Source of the DNA: Chloroflexota bacterium
GTDB taxonomy: Bacteria > Chloroflexota > Dehalococcoidia > UBA2979
Assembly: GCA_027593235.1 (NCBI GenBank)
Contig: JAQCIU010000004.1
Span: 77,581-141,580, forward strand
Length of the DNA: 64,000 bases
Direction of reading: 5' to 3'
Below, one piece after another: positions 9,538-19,270 of the stretch. The notes under the pieces were generated by a model. The model made no database searches. It was given only the letters and a program-made list of their open reading frames with translations, and was not told the origin of the DNA. Each line of letters starts with the position of its first letter. Within the stretch, counting starts at the first letter, position 1. The translations under genes and the position numbers were made by a program.

Positions 9538-10443
9538 TTACTCACCGGCGATGTGCTCGTCGTAGGCCGCAACTTGCGCGGGTGGGTGGGGGCTGGCGAA
9601 CTGTGGGGCGAAGGACGCGACCTGAAGCAGGTGGCGGTCGAAGGTGCGTGACAGCACGTCCTCGGTGAGGACGGCGGCGGGGGAGCCGGAGGCGATGACC
9701 CGCCGGTTGAGGCAGACCACGTCGTCCGAACAACTCGCGACGCAGGAGAGGTCGTGGGTCGCCAGCAAGACACTGCGCCCGTCCTGCACGAGCGCGTCGA
9801 GGATTTCGAGGAGATCGTGCTGCACGGCGGCGTCGAGTCCGGCGAAGGGCTCGTCGAGGAGCAGCAGGCGGGAGCCGCGGGCGATCGAACGCGCCATCAG
9901 GACACGGCGGCGCTGGCCGCCGGAGAGTTCGCCCACCTGGCGTGAGGCGAAGCGACTCAGACCGACACGCTCAATCGCCTCGGCGGCGGCCTCGCGATTG
10001 GCTCGCGACCAACCTCCGAAGGGACGCAGGCGCTGATAGCAGCCCATCAGCACGACGTCAGTGACGGAGACCGGGAAATTCCAATCAACGTCCTCGAGCT
10101 GTGGCATGTAGGCGATCAGCGCGCGCGCCTCGCGTACCGGTTTCCCGAAGGCGAGTACCTGGCCGCGGATCGGTTCGACCAGCCCGAGGATCGATTTGAA
10201 GAGCGTCGACTTGCCGGCGCCGTTGGGACCGACCAGCCCCACGATCTCGCCGAGCGGAACGCGCAGATCGACGGCCTCGATCGCCGGCGGCTGGCCGGGG
10301 TAGCCGGCCCAGAGATCGCGAACCTCGAGGGCCAACTCGCCGTGTTCGTGCCCCGGCGGGAGCGGCTCGCGTGCCAGCTCATGATCGCCGAGCACCGTCG
10401 GGGCGGATTCCGCCGCGGAGGGCGACGGTGGTGCAGAGGTCAT
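9538..10443 (-). CDS. znuC: Zn/Mn ABC transporter ATPase
   Basis: GPNGAGKST, LSGGQ, LLLLDEP, VDWNFP. Confidence 0.9.
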   Translation of the reverse strand: MTSAPPSPSAAESAPTVLGDHELAREPLPPGHEHGELALEVRDLWAGYPGQPPAIEAVDLRVPLGEIVGLVGPNGAGKSTLFKSILGLVEPIRGQVLAFGKPVREARALIAYMPQLEDVDWNFPVSVTDVVLMGCYQRLRPFGGWSRANREAAAEAIERVGLSRFASRQVGELSGGQRRRVLMARSIARGSRLLLLDEPFAGLDAAVQHDLLEILDALVQDGRSVLLATHDLSCVASCSDDVVCLNRRVIASGSPAAVLTEDVLSRTFDRHLLQVASFAPQFASPHPPAQVAAYDEHIAGE

Positions 10444-10506
10444 CTTCCAGCCCTTTCCGCGGCGCCCGCGCCGGTGCCATCGGCACGAACGGCGCCGAGT
10501 GTAGTC

Positions 10507-11457
10507 CTAGCGCCCGAGGCCTTCGACCAGCGCAGCCGCGTTCGCTCGCATCAGCTCCGGGTAGCTGGCGACGCCGTCCGCGAAGTTGGAATAGAGCAGC
10601 AGCACTTCGACCCCCGTCTCATCCGCGACCGAGGTGAGGACTGCCGCGTTGAACTGCGGCTCGCGGTAGATCGCCGGGACGCCGCGCTCGCGAATCAGCT
10701 CGATGAGGGCGACCACCGCGCCCGCGTTCGGATCCTGCTGCGCACCGGCCGGCAGCAGCGTCGCGATCACCTCGAGGTCGTAAGCGGCCGCGAAGTACTG
10801 GTACGCGTCGTGCAGCACGACGAGCTGCCGATCGCCCTGGGGGATCGTCGCGATCGCGGCGCGGATCTCACCGTCCAGGGCGCGCAGCTCCTCGATGTAC
10901 GCGGCGGCGCGTGATTCGTAGCCGGCGCTCGATGCGGGATCGAGCGCGACGAGTTGGTCCCGAATCACTTCGACGTAGGAGATCGCGTTGTCCACCGCGA
11001 GCCAGAAGTGCGGATCGCCATCGGCGAAGACGAGGTCATCGGGATCGCGGGCTTCGGCTTCGTGGTCGGCGTCATCGTCATCATGCCCACCAGCGAGCGG
11101 GGTCAGCCCGGCGGCAACCGGGACGACGGGGGTCCCATCGGCAACGTTGGCGAGAATGATGTCGAGCAGGCCTTCCTCAAGGTGGTAACCGTTGACGAAG
11201 ACGATGTCGGCTTCCGCGATTGCCGCGGCCGTTGCGGGCGCCGGTTCGTAGCTGTGGACATCGACACCCGCCGGGATCAGCGTCGACACCTGCGCGTCAT
11301 CCCCGGCAACGGTGGCCGCAAACTCGGCGATCAGCGCCGTGGAAGCGGCGATCCGGATCGACCCATCGTCAGCGGGGGTGGTTCCCTCGCCGCCACAGGC
11401 GCTCGCGGTGACCAGAGCGACCAGGAACAAGAGAGCCGTTGCGTGGCGGGACTGCAC
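10507..11457 (-). CDS. znuA: Zn ABC transporter substrate-binding lipoprotein
   Basis: lipobox ASAC, DVHSYEP, His/Asp-rich loop, DPHFW, HDAY; GTG start with GAAAGG RBS. Confidence 0.9.
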   Translation of the reverse strand: MQSRHATALLFLVALVTASACGGEGTTPADDGSIRIAASTALIAEFAATVAGDDAQVSTLIPAGVDVHSYEPAPATAAAIAEADIVFVNGYHLEEGLLDIILANVADGTPVVPVAAGLTPLAGGHDDDDADHEAEARDPDDLVFADGDPHFWLAVDNAISYVEVIRDQLVALDPASSAGYESRAAAYIEELRALDGEIRAAIATIPQGDRQLVVLHDAYQYFAAAYDLEVIATLLPAGAQQDPNAGAVVALIELIRERGVPAIYREPQFNAAVLTSVADETGVEVLLLYSNFADGVASYPELMRANAAALVEGLGR

Positions 11458-11470
11458 GGGCGTGCCTTTC

Positions 11471-11509
11471 TGATACTGCATCTCGATCCGTATCGATACT
11501 GTGTATCAA
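11471..11509. promoter_or_regulatory. Candidate Zur/Fur operator upstream of znuA
   Basis: 7-1-7-like palindrome cGATACtgtGTATCa (11494-11508) plus a degenerate copy TGATACtgcATCTCG (11471-11485). Confidence 0.55.
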
Positions 11510-11553
11510 GTAGAGATCCCGTGCGTCAAGACGATGGACGCCCATCCCGAGTT

Positions 11554-11973
11554 CTAGGCGTCGCAGTCGGAGCAGCGCCCGTAGAGCTCGAGGCGATGCG
11601 TGTCGATGTCGAATCCGGTGCTGGTGGCGACGCGTTCGAGTTCACCCTCGAGGCCGTCGCTGGCGAACTCCGTGACGCGCCCACATTCGGTACAGATGAC
11701 GTGATGGTGGTGATCGGCCTGGTCATCGTCCGCGAGCTGGTAGACGGCGGTTCCGTCGTCCAGCACGACCTGGCAGATGACGCCGAGTTCCCGCATCAGC
11801 TTCATCGTTCGAAAGACGGTGGCGCGACCGACCGTGGGCGACGCGACCTGGACTTCTTCGGCGGTGAAGTGGTTGCCCAGCACGCGCATGGTGTCGAGCA
11901 CCGCGCGTCGCGGATTGGTGAGTCGATAACCGCTACGCGAGAGGGTGCGCTCGATCGGATCGGCTGTGGTCAT
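11554..11973 (-). CDS. zur: Fur-family regulator, probably Zur
   Basis: RLTNPRRAVL, ATVFRTM, HHHHVICTECG, CSDC; adjacent to znuACB. Confidence 0.85.
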   Translation of the reverse strand: MTTADPIERTLSRSGYRLTNPRRAVLDTMRVLGNHFTAEEVQVASPTVGRATVFRTMKLMRELGVICQVVLDDGTAVYQLADDDQADHHHHVICTECGRVTEFASDGLEGELERVATSTGFDIDTHRLELYGRCSDCDA

Positions 11974-12037
11974 GCCGTCATGGTCCCGAGGGGCGTCCCG
12001 GTCTGTCAATCAGCGACTGATCGGGCATAGTTGTCGC

Positions 12038-13297
12038 GTGGGCAACGCGCAGCGCTGGCGAATCGGTCTCTGGCTATCAATGCTCGTCGGCGTGCTGTAC
12101 ATCGCGTACGGCGCACGCGGCGCATTGCTGCCGTTTGCCGTGGGCGGGCTGCTGGCCTACGCGCTTGCGCCGATCGTCGATCGCATCGCCGCGGTGATCC
12201 CCGCGCGTTCACACCGCGGGGACGTCTACCGGCGCGGCCTTGCGGTGGTGCTGCTCTATGTGGCGATCGGATCCGCGGCCTTCGTCGCGGGCTCCGCCGC
12301 GATTCCGATCGCCGCCGACCAGGTGACGGAGTTCGTGGACACGCTGCCGGAGACGGTGGATGCCGCCCGCGAGCAGGTCAACGTGTGGCTGGAGGTCTAC
12401 CGGGAGCGGGCGCCGGCGGATATCCAGGAGCGGGTCGACTCGCTCGTCGAGGACGCCACCAACGGCGCCGTGGATGCCGCGACGGCGATGGGACAGCGCA
12501 CGATCGGGGTGCTGACGGGCACGCTCACCGTAGTAGTGGGCTTCGCGATCATGCCGTTCTGGATGTTCTACGCGCTGCGTGATCGCCACTTCGTACGGAA
12601 GAACTTCCTACAGGCGATCCCGGAGGCGTTCCGGGACGACGGGATCAACCTGCTGCACATCGGTGACCGGCTGCTCGGGCGCTACATCCGTGCGCAGCTA
12701 CTGCTGGGCGTGGTCGTCGGTACGGCGGTGGGTGTATCGCTCACGCTGCTGGATGTTCCGCTGTCGCTCGCGCTCGCGGTGATCGCGGGGGTGACGGAGC
12801 TGATCCCGATCGTCGGCCCGTGGATCGGCGCGCTACCGGGACTGCTGTTGGTCGCCGCGACGGAGCCAGACAAGATCGTGTGGGTGGCCCTGGTGTACTT
12901 CATGGTGCAGCAGGTGGAGAACCTGTTGCTGGTCCCGCGGATCCAGGGCGAGGCGCTGGAGATGCACCCGGCGATGATCCTGCTGGTGCTGTCGCTGGGC
13001 GGCGCGGCGTTCGGGTTCATCGGGCTGATCGTCGCGGTGCCACTGAGTGCGTTGCTGCGCGAGGTGTTCTGGTACGTGGATCGCCGATTGCGGGGCGAAC
13101 TGCCGGAGGAGGCGCTGGCCGCCAGCCACGTCGGCCGGCTCGCGGACGTCGAGGCCCAATTGTCGCACCGCGACCAGCTCCGGCCAGAGCCGCTGAGCAG
13201 CATGCTGGCCGTCATGCAGCCGGCGCTGGCGACGGTCGACTCGGCTGACGGTGGCGATGCGGCTGGCGACGACGATCCCACTGACGAGGACGAGTAG
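12038..13297 (+). CDS. AI-2E family transporter
   Basis: YIRAQLL, ELIPIVGP, QQVEN...PRI, HP motifs; start uncertain. Confidence 0.85.
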   Translation: MGNAQRWRIGLWLSMLVGVLYIAYGARGALLPFAVGGLLAYALAPIVDRIAAVIPARSHRGDVYRRGLAVVLLYVAIGSAAFVAGSAAIPIAADQVTEFVDTLPETVDAAREQVNVWLEVYRERAPADIQERVDSLVEDATNGAVDAATAMGQRTIGVLTGTLTVVVGFAIMPFWMFYALRDRHFVRKNFLQAIPEAFRDDGINLLHIGDRLLGRYIRAQLLLGVVVGTAVGVSLTLLDVPLSLALAVIAGVTELIPIVGPWIGALPGLLLVAATEPDKIVWVALVYFMVQQVENLLLVPRIQGEALEMHPAMILLVLSLGGAAFGFIGLIVAVPLSALLREVFWYVDRRLRGELPEEALAASHVGRLADVEAQLSHRDQLRPEPLSSMLAVMQPALATVDSADGGDAAGDDDPTDEDE

Positions 13298-13315
13298 CCG
13301 CCGACGGCTGCCGGC

Positions 13316-14176
13316 CTAGTTCGTGCCCCCGACGCTCAGCACGACGGGCCCGTCCGGGACGGTGCTGGTCGAAACCTGGTTGGTCGCGAAGACCACCACG
13401 GTCTGCGGCCATGCCCCGGGCGGGATCGAGATCAGGGTGATCGTTTCGCCGCCGGCCGGGACGATCGACTCCGAGGCGATCGAATTTCCCCAACGGTCCA
13501 TCAGGGTGATCCGGTAGACGTCACCGAAGCCAATCGGCGGCAGATTACGAAGCACGACCACCGCCGCATCAGCGGAGGCGCTCCAGGTGTAGGAGCCGGT
13601 TGCGCCATGGGCGGCGCCGGTTGCGATCAACTCGGCCGATTCGGCTTCCGGGTCGAGCAAGATCGAGGTTGCGGAGCGCGTCTCGTTGAGCTGTGTCGCC
13701 AGGGAGCTGATATCACGCCGGCTGTCGGGGACGGCGGCGATCTGATCGAGGCGCTTGGCGTCCGCCTCGACGACGGCGGTCAGCAGCGCGGCCTGGTCGC
13801 GCAGTTCCAACATGTCTTGCTGGAGGTTGACGGCCCAGATGCTGACGATGGCGAGCGTGGCGGCCATCCCGGCCAGGGGGACAAACCGAGCGACGGGGAA
13901 GTGTAGGCGGCGGCTGCGGGTCGCCGGCATCCGACGGGCCGCCGCGAGCACGCGCTCACGGAGGGCAGCGGGTGGCCGGTGCAACGGCGCAGCGAACGCC
14001 AGCAACTCCGCGATCTCGCGGAATCCCTCGACCTCGCGGGCCGCTGCCGGATCGGACTGGATCAGCCGTTCGGCATCCTCGGCATCGGGCGCGCTCAGCG
14101 TCCCGAGTGCATAGGACGCGAGCAGTGCCTCACGCTCCTCCGGAATCATCGCTTCCCCCTGGTCGCTGCTCGACAT
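13316..14176 (-). CDS. Anti-sigma factor, RskA-like
   Basis: LLASYALGTL, PPAALRERVL, single TM, RskA-type C terminus GPVVL; start may be ATG 14149. Confidence 0.8.
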   Translation of the reverse strand: MSSSDQGEAMIPEEREALLASYALGTLSAPDAEDAERLIQSDPAAAREVEGFREIAELLAFAAPLHRPPAALRERVLAAARRMPATRSRRLHFPVARFVPLAGMAATLAIVSIWAVNLQQDMLELRDQAALLTAVVEADAKRLDQIAAVPDSRRDISSLATQLNETRSATSILLDPEAESAELIATGAAHGATGSYTWSASADAAVVVLRNLPPIGFGDVYRITLMDRWGNSIASESIVPAGGETITLISIPPGAWPQTVVVFATNQVSTSTVPDGPVVLSVGGTN

Positions 14177-14858
14177 CGTCGGTCAGCGCCTCCCGCAGCT
14201 TGCGCATCCCCAAGCGGATGCGCGTCTTGATTGTTCCCAGCGGATCCCCGGTGCGTTCAGCGATCTCGGTCTGGGTGAGCCCGCCGAAATAGGCGAGTTC
14301 GATGACGAGTCGCTGCGCCTCTGGCAGATCGAGCATCGCCGCGTAGATACGGCGCCGATCGTCCGCGAGAACCGCCTCGTGAGCTGGATCGTCACCTCGT
14401 CCTTCGGCCGGCAGGCGAAGCACGGGATCCTCATCTTGATCCTCGGCACGTCGCCGGCGGCTCATCCGCCGTTGCTCGTCCAGCGCGCGGTTGCGCGAGA
14501 CGGAGCTGATCCAGCTAATAAACCGGCCGCGAGACGGATCGAACGAGGCTGGCTGTCGCCAGATGCGCAGGAACACCTCTTGCGTCACGTCTTCGGCGAG
14601 TGCGTGGTCGTGCAGCACGCGGAGTGCCACCGAAAACACGAGCGCCGAATAACGGTCGTAGAGCTGTTCGAGCGCTCCTACCTCGTCCGTGGCGAGCGCG
14701 GCCACAAGGACCGCGTCTTCTTCCGCCCGCTGCAGGCGATCTTCGGCTGTCTTACTCGGTACGTGCGCCAGCGGTCGCCGGATCTTGGCGAGGTCGGGGA
14801 GGGCTGGAGTCTCAGTGGGGAAGACGATTGGGTTTGCACCCGTCCTGGGCTCATTCAC
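14130..14858 (-). CDS. ECF sigma factor, SigK-like
   Basis: LYDRYS...AEDVTQEVF...IELAYFGGLTQTEIA...GTIKTR; GGAGG RBS before GTG 14858. Confidence 0.85.
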   Translation of the reverse strand: MNEPRTGANPIVFPTETPALPDLAKIRRPLAHVPSKTAEDRLQRAEEDAVLVAALATDEVGALEQLYDRYSALVFSVALRVLHDHALAEDVTQEVFLRIWRQPASFDPSRGRFISWISSVSRNRALDEQRRMSRRRRAEDQDEDPVLRLPAEGRGDDPAHEAVLADDRRRIYAAMLDLPEAQRLVIELAYFGGLTQTEIAERTGDPLGTIKTRIRLGMRKLREALTDDVEQRPGGSDDSGGA

Positions 14859-14984
14859 CAGGCGCCTCCAATGAGGCGGGAAGCGGTTGCAAAGTGTGTA
14901 CCTGCCACAAGGGAGGACATCGTGCAGTGATTCACAGCACGTTCCGGCCACAAGCCGGGCACAAGGATGTGGGGAGCGTGACGG

Positions 14985-15818
14985 TCACACCGCCTGCCCG
15001 GTGCTGAAGAGCAGGCCACGGGCAAGCACTTCGCCGGCGAGCAGCGCGCCGAGGGCGATGTAGAGCAGACCGGTGGCCGACATCATTCCGCGGATGGTCG
15101 CGGTTCGCCAGGCGAGCCAGGCGAGGACGGCGGGGAAGATCAGGCCGACGAGGACCCGCAGCCAGAACGCCGGGTTTCCACCAAGGCCGACCCCGATCGC
15201 GCTCTCCGAGAGCGGTACCTCGCGAGGCGAGATGGCGACCGCGAGGATCACGAACACCGCCTGAACGAAGACCGCGGCGAAGACGAAGAGCGACATCTGC
15301 TCCATCGGTTCCTTCGGCAAGCGACCGGAGGTGAGGTACCAGTGACCCCACATCATCGCCATCAATGCTCCGCCGAGCAGGAGCGCCGCAGCAAGCATGC
15401 TGCCGACGACCCCCCAGGCCGACCACGCGGGAGGAGCAACGAGCGCACCGATCGCGACGAGCGCGGCCGTTCCGACGACGGCGCCGACCGCGCCGAGCCG
15501 CACGCCGAGTTGCTGTCGCTCCTGTAGCGCGGCGAACGTGTGCAGCGCGCTGACGACGACGAAGCCCGCGAGGGCGGCACGAGCCGGATTGAACCAGGCG
15601 TCACTGAGCGCGTAGCCGCCGATATCGTCCTGGCGTCCGATGGTCGCGAACGTCCAACCGGCGAGGATCGCCAGCGGCGCGACCGTGAGCGCGCCGGCTT
15701 TCACGTAGCCACGCGTGACCTGACCGCGGGCGTCGACGACAGTGAGCACGGCAAGGCCGCCCACCGCCAGTTCGGCGAGGAGGATGAGGACGGTGTACGG
15801 CAACGAAGAGGCGTTCAC
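14985..15818 (-). CDS. Multi-pass membrane protein of unknown function
   Basis: about 8 hydrophobic segments, GHWYL and SATGLLY motifs. Confidence 0.7.
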   Translation of the reverse strand: MNASSLPYTVLILLAELAVGGLAVLTVVDARGQVTRGYVKAGALTVAPLAILAGWTFATIGRQDDIGGYALSDAWFNPARAALAGFVVVSALHTFAALQERQQLGVRLGAVGAVVGTAALVAIGALVAPPAWSAWGVVGSMLAAALLLGGALMAMMWGHWYLTSGRLPKEPMEQMSLFVFAAVFVQAVFVILAVAISPREVPLSESAIGVGLGGNPAFWLRVLVGLIFPAVLAWLAWRTATIRGMMSATGLLYIALGALLAGEVLARGLLFSTGQAV

Positions 15819-15851
15819 GTCACCGGATCGTGGGCCTCGATGATCGAACGA

Positions 15852-16490
15852 TCAACGTGGCTGCTGATCGGAGACGATCCGGCCGAGGCGTTTCCAGTCC
15901 TCGATCTGTCGATCCCAGCTCCGGCGGCCCTGTGTTCGCGGGCTCGGATGGACCAACGGGACGAGCGTGCGCCCGGCCCACGGCCGAGGTTCACCCGCCT
16001 CCTCCGAGACGCGGGTCACGCCGTGTGGGGCGGCGCGTGCCAGCGCTGCGAGCGCGATCCCGCCGAGCGCGGCGACCACCGGCGCGGCGACGAGGTCCAG
16101 CGTGGCGGCGAGGAACGGACCGCATTCGGCCAGCTCGCTGGTGCGCGGGCGGCGGTTGCGTGCCGCGTCCGCTTCGCCGGCCAGCGGGTTACAGAGGACC
16201 GCGTTCGTGATGAAGACCTCGGCGCGAGTGAGGCCGGCGGCGGCGAGCAAGACGCCGAGGCGCGCTCCGGATCGGTCGCCCTCGAAGGGCACGCCCGTCC
16301 GCGCGGCGCCGAGGCGACCGGGCGCTTCACCCACGATCAGCAGGCGAGCCTGGAGCGGACCGTTGGCTGGTCCGAGGACGTGCGAGTAGGCCATCCCCTG
16401 ACAGGCGTGACAGGCACCGACCGCAGCCTGGAGGCTTCGGAAGGCGGCGGGCGCTGGCGGTAGTGGTCCGATGCTGCGGTTCGTTGACAG
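15852..16490 (-). CDS. udg: Uracil-DNA glycosylase family 4 (Fe-S type), probable CTG start
   Basis: VGEAPG, TNAVLCNP, ECGPFL, HPS; in-frame upstream CHAC completes the Cys set; GGAAGG before CTG 16490. Confidence 0.8.
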   Translation of the reverse strand: MSTNRSIGPLPPAPAAFRSLQAAVGACHACQGMAYSHVLGPANGPLQARLLIVGEAPGRLGAARTGVPFEGDRSGARLGVLLAAAGLTRAEVFITNAVLCNPLAGEADAARNRRPRTSELAECGPFLAATLDLVAAPVVAALGGIALAALARAAPHGVTRVSEEAGEPRPWAGRTLVPLVHPSPRTQGRRSWDRQIEDWKRLGRIVSDQQPR

Positions 16491-16519
16491 GTCCCTTCCA
16501 CAAGCCGACCATCGCGAAC

Positions 16520-17023
16520 ATGCCCCAGTACGTCTCCGCCCGCTACAGCGAGCAACCTCGGTACCTACGCAAGACGCTGCGTGAGGTCGCGCACCGCATC
16601 GAGGAACTGGCGGTCGAGCTGACGGAGGATGAGGCGCGCGAGCACATCCCGGAGGACGACTGGTCGGTCGTGGAACTGGCGGGCTTCCTCCGCGACAGCG
16701 AGCGCGAAGATCTGCGGGCTATCAACTCGATGGTGATGCGCGACGGCGCCCGGATCGATGAGCGCCGCGCGCAGTACGGTCCGGCCGAGAACAACTACCA
16801 GGCGAAACACCTGGACGAGCTGATCTGGTACTTCGCGACGATCCGCGAGGAAACGCTCTGGACGCTCAATGACATCGATGGGCTCTGGCACCGCACGGGC
16901 ACGCACCCCTATCGAGGCACGGTGACGCTGACCGAGTGGGTGCGCGAAATGAACGAACGCGATCTTGACGTGATGTGGCGAATCGGTCGGATCGTGGAGC
17001 GGCTGCGGGCGCATCGGCGCTAG
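16520..17023 (+). CDS. DinB/YfiT superfamily protein
   Basis: WSVVELAGFLRD, WHRTGTHPYRGTVTL. Confidence 0.7.
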   Translation: MPQYVSARYSEQPRYLRKTLREVAHRIEELAVELTEDEAREHIPEDDWSVVELAGFLRDSEREDLRAINSMVMRDGARIDERRAQYGPAENNYQAKHLDELIWYFATIREETLWTLNDIDGLWHRTGTHPYRGTVTLTEWVREMNERDLDVMWRIGRIVERLRAHRR

Positions 17024-17068
17024 CCCGCGCCGGTCATGGGCCCCAGTTCGCGACGCGCCCGGACCTCG

Positions 17069-18751
17069 TTAGCTGGCGGAGACCGCCCGTTCGATCGCCG
17101 GCAGGAGTTCGTCCGGCCGGGTGACCAGCGGTCCGTACTCGCCACCGACGAAGCAGAGCGCGCCGCCAATGTCGGCCGGCACGCCCAGCTGGCCGACCAA
17201 CACATCATCGAACCGCGGGTTGAGGCGCTGCACGGTGTGGGCGGAGAGCGCCAGCCGAAGCGCCTGGGCATGCAGCGGGTCCGCGATAGCGTCGCGTTCG
17301 CCCGGGGGAGCGAAGGCAATGATCTTCACCTCCGGTTCGAGCGAGAGGAGGCGGTCGACGACGCGCGCCACCGCGCACGCGGATTCGAGGTCGGCGCTGC
17401 CGAAGGCAGCGACGGCCCCGCGAAGGATCGAGTAGGCGGTGTCCATGTAGCGATCGTCGTGCGTGAGGTGGGTGAGGCGGATCAGTAACTCCGCCGCTTC
17501 CGCGTTGTCGAACAGCGAGACGCGCGGCTCCTCTAACTGTCCGTAACCGCGCTGACCGAGATCGATGTCGGCGAGCGGGCCATCGGAAATCTGGAACTGG
17601 CGGCTCAGCAGGCGCGCGACGGTCTGCGCGTGATGCAGGTAGTCGACCGACCCGGTCGCCTCGTAGGTATCGAGCAGCGCCTGGCCGGTGAGCACCTGAT
17701 CGGCGAGCAGGCCGAGGGTGCGCGGGACGCCGTCCCAGACGTGGTAGAACCCGGCCTCACCGGCGCGCATCCGGCGGATCAGGAAGTCGACGCCGGTCTG
17801 GCCGCGGCTGCGCCAGTCCGAGCGGTCGAAGACGACACCGCAGGCGAGCAGGCCGCGCGCGAGCAAGGCATTCGCGGAGGCGAGCACCTGATCGCTCTCG
17901 GCGCTGTAGGCGAAGCCGCCGCTGGAGTTGCGTAGCTCAGCCTCGACGAACTCGATGGTGCGGGTAACCGCCTCCAACGCCCACTCGTGCGCGTCACTGT
18001 CCTCGGAGGCGATGCGAGCGAGCACGGAGAGCCAGCGGCCTTGATCGGCCGCCGGGCGTTCCGCGCAGTCCGCGCCGGGATCAACGCAACGGCGGAAGCC
18101 GCCCGCTTCGCGATCGAACCCGCCGCCATCGACGCGTCGCTGGATCGCCACGCGGGCGCGTCGCTCGGATTCGAGGTCGGCGCGGCGGCGATGTGCGTAG
18201 AGCCAGAGGCGGATCCGTTCCGGGCCCGCCAGATCCTCGGCAGTGGCGGCACGATCGAGGGCGATGTCGAGCACGCTGGGCGTGAGGTCGCCCCGACGGA
18301 TCGGGCGCGTCGCCAATCGCAGTACGCGCTCCGCCTCGAGTTCGGCGAGCACCGCGTCGCGCTCGTCACGCCAGCGGGCCAGCCAGGTTTCGATGACCTC
18401 GACAAGTTCGCCGGACGAGGTGTCGCGGAACTGGGCGAGGAGTTCACCGCCGGGGCTGAGCAAGGCGAGCGTCGCGCCGCTGGGGTCGCCGTAGCGCAGG
18501 GCGAGGTCGGGGCGCAGATCTGGCTCGACGCGGATCGGCGTGACCGCGCGCGGGATCAGCCGCGCGAGTCGCGGATCGGCAAGCGAGCCTCGCGCGAGCA
18601 CATCCAGATCGCGGTGCGACGGGGGCGCGACGAGCAATAGCCGGAGCTGATCGGCCGTCGCGCGATCCTCGAAGAGGTCATCGTCCCACTCAAGCCACGC
18701 GATATCCGTAACGCGGTTGAGCGGTGACGTACCGAAGGGTGTTGATTCCAT
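17069..18751 (-). CDS. DUF255/YyaL (SPATA20-like) thioredoxin + six-hairpin protein, degenerate
   Basis: IAWLEW, RVEPDLRPDL, GGGFDREAGGFRR, GGFAYS, GLLADQ; lacks CxxC. Confidence 0.7.
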   Translation of the reverse strand: MESTPFGTSPLNRVTDIAWLEWDDDLFEDRATADQLRLLLVAPPSHRDLDVLARGSLADPRLARLIPRAVTPIRVEPDLRPDLALRYGDPSGATLALLSPGGELLAQFRDTSSGELVEVIETWLARWRDERDAVLAELEAERVLRLATRPIRRGDLTPSVLDIALDRAATAEDLAGPERIRLWLYAHRRRADLESERRARVAIQRRVDGGGFDREAGGFRRCVDPGADCAERPAADQGRWLSVLARIASEDSDAHEWALEAVTRTIEFVEAELRNSSGGFAYSAESDQVLASANALLARGLLACGVVFDRSDWRSRGQTGVDFLIRRMRAGEAGFYHVWDGVPRTLGLLADQVLTGQALLDTYEATGSVDYLHHAQTVARLLSRQFQISDGPLADIDLGQRGYGQLEEPRVSLFDNAEAAELLIRLTHLTHDDRYMDTAYSILRGAVAAFGSADLESACAVARVVDRLLSLEPEVKIIAFAPPGERDAIADPLHAQALRLALSAHTVQRLNPRFDDVLVGQLGVPADIGGALCFVGGEYGPLVTRPDELLPAIERAVSAS

Positions 18752-18837
18752 ATCGCGACCTCCCTGCGATCGTATCGAGGTCGCGAGCTAAACGGGGCAG
18801 GGGTCTCCCCCAACCCGAGAAGTGTCACGATCGGCGA

Positions 18838-19254
18838 CTAGCGGGCCTCACGATCGCGGGCGGCGAGCAGCAGCATCCCGCCCGCGGCGATCAGTAGCAG
18901 CGGCCACGCGGCGCGAGCCGCCCCAAAGCCGACGAAGCGCATCAGCGCGAATTGGTTGGCGAGGAAGAGCAAGCCGAGCCCGACGAGCATGATTCCGAAG
19001 ATCAGGGCGGGGTCCACGTGACCACCTGACGCTGACGTGCGCCCCTCGCCGGGCGCCGCTTCCGGCATCAGCAGCCAGAGGACGACGTAGACCAGCAGCC
19101 AGGTGATCCCGGCGCCGAGGATCAAGAGGACGACGAAGGCAAACCGGACGATCGTCGGATCGATATCGACGTAGTCGGCAATGCCACCGGCGACGCCGGC
19201 AATCATGCGGTCGTCGCCGCGCCGGAGCCGGCGCCTGCTGCTGTCCTCGGCCAT
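18838..19254 (-). CDS. PspC domain membrane protein
   Basis: RRGDDRMIAGVAGGIADYVDIDPTIVR...YVVLWLLMP plus C-terminal TM pair. Confidence 0.85.
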   Translation of the reverse strand: MAEDSSRRRLRRGDDRMIAGVAGGIADYVDIDPTIVRFAFVVLLILGAGITWLLVYVVLWLLMPEAAPGEGRTSASGGHVDPALIFGIMLVGLGLLFLANQFALMRFVGFGAARAAWPLLLIAAGGMLLLAARDREAR

Positions 19255-19270
19255 TGTGCTGCCCTCGGCG

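Noticed and set aside
9519-9773. ORF bridging znuC and znuB as a possible frameshift product
   Set aside because: znuC is complete in its own frame; this ORF is a low-complexity shadow
14858-15854. In-frame TGA junctions udg to membrane protein and membrane protein to sigma factor
   Set aside because: Unrelated domains, no Cys-homologous position, and the downstream genes have their own initiation signals
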